Positions 63,937 to 64,000 of a DNA stretch of 64,000 bases are shown here, piece by piece. The number at the start of each line of letters is the position of its first letter. The first letter of the stretch is position 1. Location of the stretch: assembly GCA_965207455.1 (NCBI GenBank), contig CBDBMJ010000001.1:1376001-1440000 (forward strand), written 5' to 3'. A program made the translations under genes and the position numbers. The notes below the pieces were generated by a model. The model did no database searches and had not been told where the DNA came from. It saw only the letters and a list, made by a program, of their open reading frames with translations. Source of the stretch: Bdellovibrionota bacterium. Lineage in GTDB: Bacteria > Bdellovibrionota > UBA1018 > CAIPTA01 > JAALKR01.

Positions 63937-64000
63937 TCAGCGAGTCTTGAAATTAAAGGAGCTTTTTTTATGCCTTAACTGTTTGAGGATTTGAGAAAGT

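Overview
Bacterial chromosomal window whose gene content suggests Bdellovibrionota or a similar deltaproteobacterial lineage (inference only). The housekeeping backbone carries ppx, AsmA, pcrA-gatCAB, dksA, trmB, nadC, birA, a probable 6S RNA, tRNA-Asp, a complete alternative complex III operon (actABCDEF), system II cytochrome c biogenesis, gap-pgk-tpiA-secG, a type-2 ileS and thyA. Five AT-richer accessory blocks interrupt it: (1) a Panacea-type TA pair; (2) a frameshifted IS1202/ISNCY-like element followed by a DtxR-FTR1 module and an internally duplicated protein; (3) a ~10.7 kb decayed island after tRNA-Asp with DUF2958, BspA/DUF285 and RCC1 surface proteins and a reversed HipA-type TA; (4) a lipoprotein block (S41 protease, a subtilase lacking its whole catalytic triad, RCC1 protein) sharing a duplicated promoter cassette; (5) a lone Doc-type toxin gene bounded by a duplication of the ileS start. 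The most striking find is a bacterial histone-fold protein (61220-61483, minus strand) with a 27-residue Lys/Arg/Thr-rich N-terminal tail beginning ARQKT, reminiscent of eukaryotic H3. All calls come from reading the sequence and ORF track; no searches were run.
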